Sequence record: PZ049714.1
Direction: 5' to 3' (one strand)
DNA from: a phage
Length of the DNA: 2,853 nt
Shown here: piece by piece, positions 1 through 2,853 of the stretch
How the letters are laid out: the number at the start of each line of letters is the position of its first letter
Position numbering within the stretch: the stretch's first letter is position 1
Notes under the pieces: model-generated
The model's database searches: none
The model's input: only the letters and a program-made list of their open reading frames with translations
What the model was told of the DNA's origin: nothing
Translations under genes and position numbers: made by a program

Positions 1-689
1 TGGTCGACGCCCATGTCCGACAGCGTCGTCAGTTCCTGCGCCAGCTCGATGCCTTCGGCGATGACCTGCGCGCGCGAGGCCCGCGCGATCTTGAGGATCG
101 ACTCGACGAACTCGCGTTTGACCACATCTTGGTGGATGCCGTCGATGAAGTAGCGATCGATCTTCACGTAATCCGGGCGCAGCTCCGACCATAGCCGCAG
201 GCTCGAATAGCCGGCGCCGAGATCGTCGAGGGCGATGCCGAAGCCCATCGCGCGGTAGTGATGCAGGGCCTTGTCCAGCAGTTCGAAATCGTCGGTCGGG
301 GTCTGTTCGGTCAGTTCGATGACCACCTGCCCGGCCGGGATGCCATAGGCATTGAGCAGTTCCAGGGTGCGGCCGGGCTTGTGCGCCGCTTCGAGCAAGG
401 TCTCGGGGGAGGCGTTGAGGAACAGCTTGCCGCGCAATGCGCCTTGGCTGTAGCGGCGGCAGGCGCTGCGCCGGCACGCCATTTCCAGCTCGTTCAGCCG
501 TCCGGCCTGCCGCGCGGTGGCCAGCAGGTTGATCGGCGAATGCAGCGGGCTGTTGGACGGGCCGCGACTCAGCGCTTCGTAACCGAGGATGCGGCGCTCG
601 GAGAGCGAGACGATGGGTTGGAACAGGGTGGTGATGTCGCCTTGAGCAAGGATGTGCCCCAGCATGCTCAACTGCTCGGTGACGGTCAT
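1..689 (-). CDS. EAL-domain cyclic-di-GMP phosphodiesterase, 3'-partial (continues beyond position 1); EAL domain begins ~20 residues from the N-terminus; possibly RapA-like
   Basis: Minus-strand translation from the ATG at 689..687 gives MTVTEQLSMLGHILAQGDITTLFQPIVSLSERRILGYEALSRG...LFLNASPE...VVIELTEQ...ALDDLGAGYSSLRLWSELRPDYVKIDRYFIDG...VIAEGIELAQ..., i.e. the canonical EAL-domain motifs in the correct N-to-C order (EAL, N, E, DDxGxGYSSL, KIDR, AEGIE). There are 229 complete codons with no stop to the window edge. An in-frame TGA lies 18 codons upstream of the ATG with no intervening ATG (one GTG sits inside the hairpin). Weak SD-like GAGA 6 nt upstream of the ATG. An alternative start at Met9 (ATG at 665..663) cannot be excluded. 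Confidence 0.88.
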   Translation of the reverse strand, partial: MTVTEQLSMLGHILAQGDITTLFQPIVSLSERRILGYEALSRGPSNSPLHSPINLLATARQAGRLNELEMACRRSACRRYSQGALRGKLFLNASPETLLEAAHKPGRTLELLNAYGIPAGQVVIELTEQTPTDDFELLDKALHHYRAMGFGIALDDLGAGYSSLRLWSELRPDYVKIDRYFIDGIHQDVVKREFVESILKIARASRAQVIAEGIELAQELTTLSDMGVD

Positions 690-707
690 GGAATTCTCGG
701 GCCGTGA

Positions 708-735
708 ATGAAAAAGGGCCACCGCTGTGGCCCTT
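708..735 (-). terminator. Rho-independent terminator-like hairpin (9-bp stem, 4-nt loop, U-tract) oriented for minus-strand transcription
   Basis: Plus 714-722 aagggccac pairs perfectly with 727-735 gtggccctt, loop 723-726. On the minus-strand RNA this reads AAGGGCCAC-AGCG-GUGGCCCUU followed by UUUCAUU (plus 711-715 is A5). The plus-strand RNA has no U-tract after the stem, so the element is unidirectional. It lies downstream of prc (past the REP doublet) and ~20 nt upstream of the EAL start codon. Confidence 0.6.
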
Positions 736-737
736 CC

Positions 738-771
738 ATTTCACGGTTCGCAGATGTCAGCTTGATGACAG
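738..771 (-). promoter_or_regulatory. Candidate PhoB-dependent promoter: Pho-box-like tandem 7-bp direct repeats (754..771) plus a -10-like hexamer (738..743) upstream of the EAL gene
   Basis: Minus strand reads 5'-CTGTCAT-caag-CTGACAT-3' (plus 771..754), against the Pho box consensus CTGTCAT-N4-CTGTCAY: first repeat 7/7, second 6/7, 11-bp periodicity, but the spacer is not A/T-rich. Exactly 10 bp downstream is TGAAAT (plus 743..738), a 4/6 match to TATAAT. The box sits at the position where a -35 would be, which is the classical Pho-promoter architecture. No convincing sigma70 -35 is present. Confidence 0.4.
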
Positions 772-907
772 GGATGGCGTTTTGCCGGTATTTGCGCCGG
801 TCATAATTGACACCTGCCCTCGCTGTCGGTGGCTATCCCAGGCAGGGTGCCACCGTGGCGCGCTTCGACGCCCCGGCGAGGGCAAATCCCCCCAGCGAAC
901 CGCTTTC

Positions 908-994
908 ATTGTAGGAGCCGGCTTGCCGGCGATCGGCGCTGCGCGTCGCCGCGGATCGCCGGCAAGGACTCGGCGTCCCCCAGGCTCCTACAGG
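908..994. repeat. Inverted REP doublet (REPIN-like extragenic palindrome) in the prc 3' flank
   Basis: Outer 10-bp inverted repeat tgtaggagcc (910-919) / ggctcctaca (983-992); inner 13-bp inverted repeat cttgccggcgatc (922-934) / gatcgccggcaag (954-966); 19-nt GC-rich central spacer. The right arm carries a 16-nt insertion relative to the left. The TGTAGGAGC / GCTCCTACA motif is characteristic of Pseudomonas REP families as I recall them. Confidence 0.5.
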
Positions 995-1115
995 GTGGTG
1001 CGAAAGGCCAATCCGATTTTACGCCCACGGTATTCCTGCTGCGCTCAGGACGCCGTGCCCGTGGTGCGCGGAGCGCACCCTACGCCCGCGTCGCACAGTA
1101 TTTTTGTTGCTCCGC

Positions 1116-2853
1116 CTAGTGCTTGGCCATGGCCGAGCTCAGCCCCAGGTAGTCGAGCAGGATACGGCCGCTCTCGGAGAGGTAGGCGTCGTCTTCCGGC
1201 TTGGGCTTGTCCATTTCCTGGTGCGGCGTGGTTTCCTCTTCCTTCTCCAGCTTGGCCAGCGGTTCCTCGCCCTTGGCCTGGCGCAGGGCGTTCTGCAGCG
1301 CCAGCTGGCGTTTCTCGATATCGGCCTGCTGGGCGCGGCGCTTCTCTTCGTTGAGGCTCACCGTGGTTTCGTGCATCAGCTCCTGCGCCAGGGCCAGGCG
1401 ATCACGGGTGAAGACGAAGTCGGGGTTCTCGCCGGTACGGGCTTCGTGACGTGCCTTCAGCTCGGCCAGGAACGGTTTGAACGGGTTCATGTCCGGGTTG
1501 ATCGCGGCGCGGATGCTGTCCCACGGCAGGGCCTCGGGCAGGGCGCTTTCGCCGATCTCCTTGGTGTCGACGTCGGCGGGGTAGGAAATGTCGGGAATCA
1601 CGCCCTGATGCTGGGTGCTCTGGCCCGAGACGCGGTAGAACTTGGCCAGGGTCAGTTTCAGTTCACCGTGGTTGAGCGGCTGGATGGTCTGCACGGTGCC
1701 CTTGCCGAAGGTCTGGCCGCCGAGGATCAAGCCGCGGTGGTAGTCCTGCATGGCGCCGGCGAAGATCTCCGAGGCGGATGCCGAAAGGCGGTTCACCAGG
1801 ACGGCCAGCGGACCCTTGTAGAAGGCGCCGACCTGCTCGTCGGCCAGCACGTCGACACGGCCATCGCTGTTGCGCACCAGCACCGTGGGGCCCTGGTCGA
1901 TGAACAGGCCGGTCAGCTCGGTGGCCTCCTGCAGGGAGCCGCCGCCGTTGTTGCGCAGGTCGATCACCACGCCATCGACCTTTTCCGCTTCCAGTTCGGA
2001 CAGCAGCTTCTTCACGTCGCGGGTGGTGCTCTTGTAGTTCTGGTCGCCGGCACGCAGCGCCTTGAAGTCGAGGTAGAAGGCCGGGATCTCGATGACGCCG
2101 AGCTTGAAGTTCTGCCCCTGGTGTTCGAGGTTCAGCACCGACTTCTTCGCCGCCTGTTCTTCGAGCTTCACCGCCTCGCGGGTGATGGCGACCACCTTGC
2201 TGTTCTGGTCGTTGGGTGCATTGCTCGCCGGGATCACCTCCAGGCGCACCACCGAGCCCTTCGGCCCGCGGATCAGCTTGACCACTTCGTCCAGGCGCCA
2301 GCCGATGACGTCGACCATTTCGTCGTTGGCCTGGGCCACGCCGATGATCCTGTCCGCCGGCGACAGCTGCTTGCTCTTCTCGGCCGGGCCTGCCGGCACC
2401 AGGCGCACGATCTTGACGTGCTCGTTGTCGCTCTGCAGCACCGCGCCGATGCCTTCCAGCGACAGGCTCATGTTGATGTCGAAGTTTTCCGGCGTTGTCC
2501 GGCGACAGGTACTGGGTGTGCGGGTCGTAGGATTGCGCGAAGGCGTTGATGTAGGTCTGGAACACGTCCTCGCCGCGGGTCTGGTTCAGCCGTGCCAGCT
2601 GGTTCTTGTAGCGCTTGGTCAGCAGTTCCTCGATCGCCTTCGGTTCCTTGCCGGCGATCTTCAGGCGCAGCACCTCGTCCTTCACGCGCTTGCGCCAGAG
2701 GTCGTCGAGCTCGGCGGCGTTCTTGGCCCAGGCGGCTTTCTCGCGATCGACCAGCAGCTCTTCGTCGACGCTGAAGTCGAAGCTGTCGACGCCCTTTTCC
2801 AGCAGGCCCAGCGCGTAGTTGAGGCGGTTCTGCAGGCGTTCCAGATGCCGCTT
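1116..2853 (-). CDS. prc: Tail-specific (C-terminal processing) protease Prc/Tsp, peptidase family S41; 5'-partial (N-terminal ~120 aa lie beyond 2853); reading frame interrupted by an apparent 1-bp insertion near 2479-2482, so a possible pseudogene or a sequencing error
   Basis: Minus-strand translation from 2853 down to ~2480 reads ...FQTYINAFAQSYDPHTQYLSPDNA, matching from memory the E. coli Prc region ...FAREIDPHTNYLSPRN. In the +1 frame, from the ATG at 2471 to the TAG stop at 1116-1118, it reads MSLSLEGIGAVLQ... (E. coli EMSLSLEGIGAVLQ), followed by a PDZ-like segment, IDLRNNGGGS, and the S41 catalytic dyad context RLSASASEIF...GQTFGKGTVQ (Ser codon ~1776-1778, Lys codon ~1701-1703, 25 residues apart as in Prc Ser430/Lys455). 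High GC3 codon usage on the minus strand. Confidence 0.92.

Noticed and set aside
258-707. 149-aa plus-strand ORF
   Set aside because: Antisense shadow of the EAL-domain gene, whose minus-strand frame carries the full ordered set of EAL motifs. No homology features in the plus-strand translation.
772-830. c-di-GMP riboswitch (GEMM) in the EAL leader, suggested by GGCGCAAAUACCGGCAAAACGCC on the minus strand
   Set aside because: Only loose GCAAA-type resemblance. The order and spacing of the conserved GEMM-I elements and the P1/P2 pairing cannot be reproduced, and the predicted Pho promoter would place this segment upstream of the transcript. A covariance-model scan (Rfam RF01051 / RF01786) would be the decisive test.
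807-840. Plus-strand sigma70-like -35 TTGACA at 807-812
   Set aside because: No acceptable -10 at 16-19 bp spacing (best is TATCCC at 21 bp), and it would drive transcription antisense into prc; most likely chance.
742-1115. Small minus-strand ORFs in the spacer (e.g. a 25-codon ORF starting MKAVRWGDL..., and a 15-codon ORF starting MTGANTGK...)
   Set aside because: Very short, no RBS, overlap the REP arms or promoter motifs, and nothing suggests selection for coding; could only be supported by ribosome profiling or conservation.
704-1354. 216-aa and 96-aa (829..1119) plus-strand ORFs spanning the intergenic region
   Set aside because: Arg/Pro-rich low-complexity products that run through the REP doublet, the terminator hairpin and into the prc antisense; no RBS, no coding periodicity that I can see.
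2465-2495. Programmed ribosomal frameshift in prc
   Set aside because: No slippery heptamer (X XXY YYZ) and no downstream pseudoknot or stimulatory structure is evident at the junction; prc is not known to use recoding. A mutation or sequencing error is far more parsimonious.
1104-2549. 481-aa plus-strand ORF, plus nested plus-strand ORFs 1201..1449, 2592..2774 and 2615..2818
   Set aside because: Entirely antisense to the strongly supported prc gene. Low-complexity Leu/Arg/Ala/Gly-rich translations with no recognisable motifs; long antisense ORFs are expected in 65% GC DNA because stop codons are A/T-rich.
1663-2685. 340-aa minus-strand ORF (track start is a GTG)
   Set aside because: Only its first ~70 codons (2685 down to ~2480) are genuine Prc frame, and the true ORF continues upstream to the window end. 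Everything below ~2480 is the out-of-frame, Arg-rich read-through created by the frameshift, overlapping the real PDZ/catalytic frame. It is folded into the prc feature rather than called separately.

Overview
High-GC (~65%) Pseudomonas-like chromosomal window with two genes, both on the minus strand, separated by a ~425-bp structured intergenic region. (1) 1116..2853 (-) is the tail-specific protease Prc (S41 family), 5'-truncated by the window edge; the sequence as given carries a 1-bp frameshift near 2479-2482 that separates the N-terminal region from the PDZ and catalytic domains. (2) 1..689 (-) is the 5' end of an EAL-domain c-di-GMP phosphodiesterase with all catalytic motifs intact, continuing beyond position 1. 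The intergenic region contains an inverted REP doublet (REPIN-like, 908..994), a Pho-box-like direct repeat with a -10-like hexamer (738..771), and a GC-rich hairpin plus U-tract (708..735) ending ~20 nt before the EAL start codon. All plus-strand ORFs in the track look like antisense or out-of-frame artefacts of GC-rich DNA. I see no evidence of a novel multi-gene system; the points worth a second look are the prc frameshift and the regulatory architecture upstream of the EAL gene. Every homology statement is from reading the translations against remembered family motifs, not from a database search.
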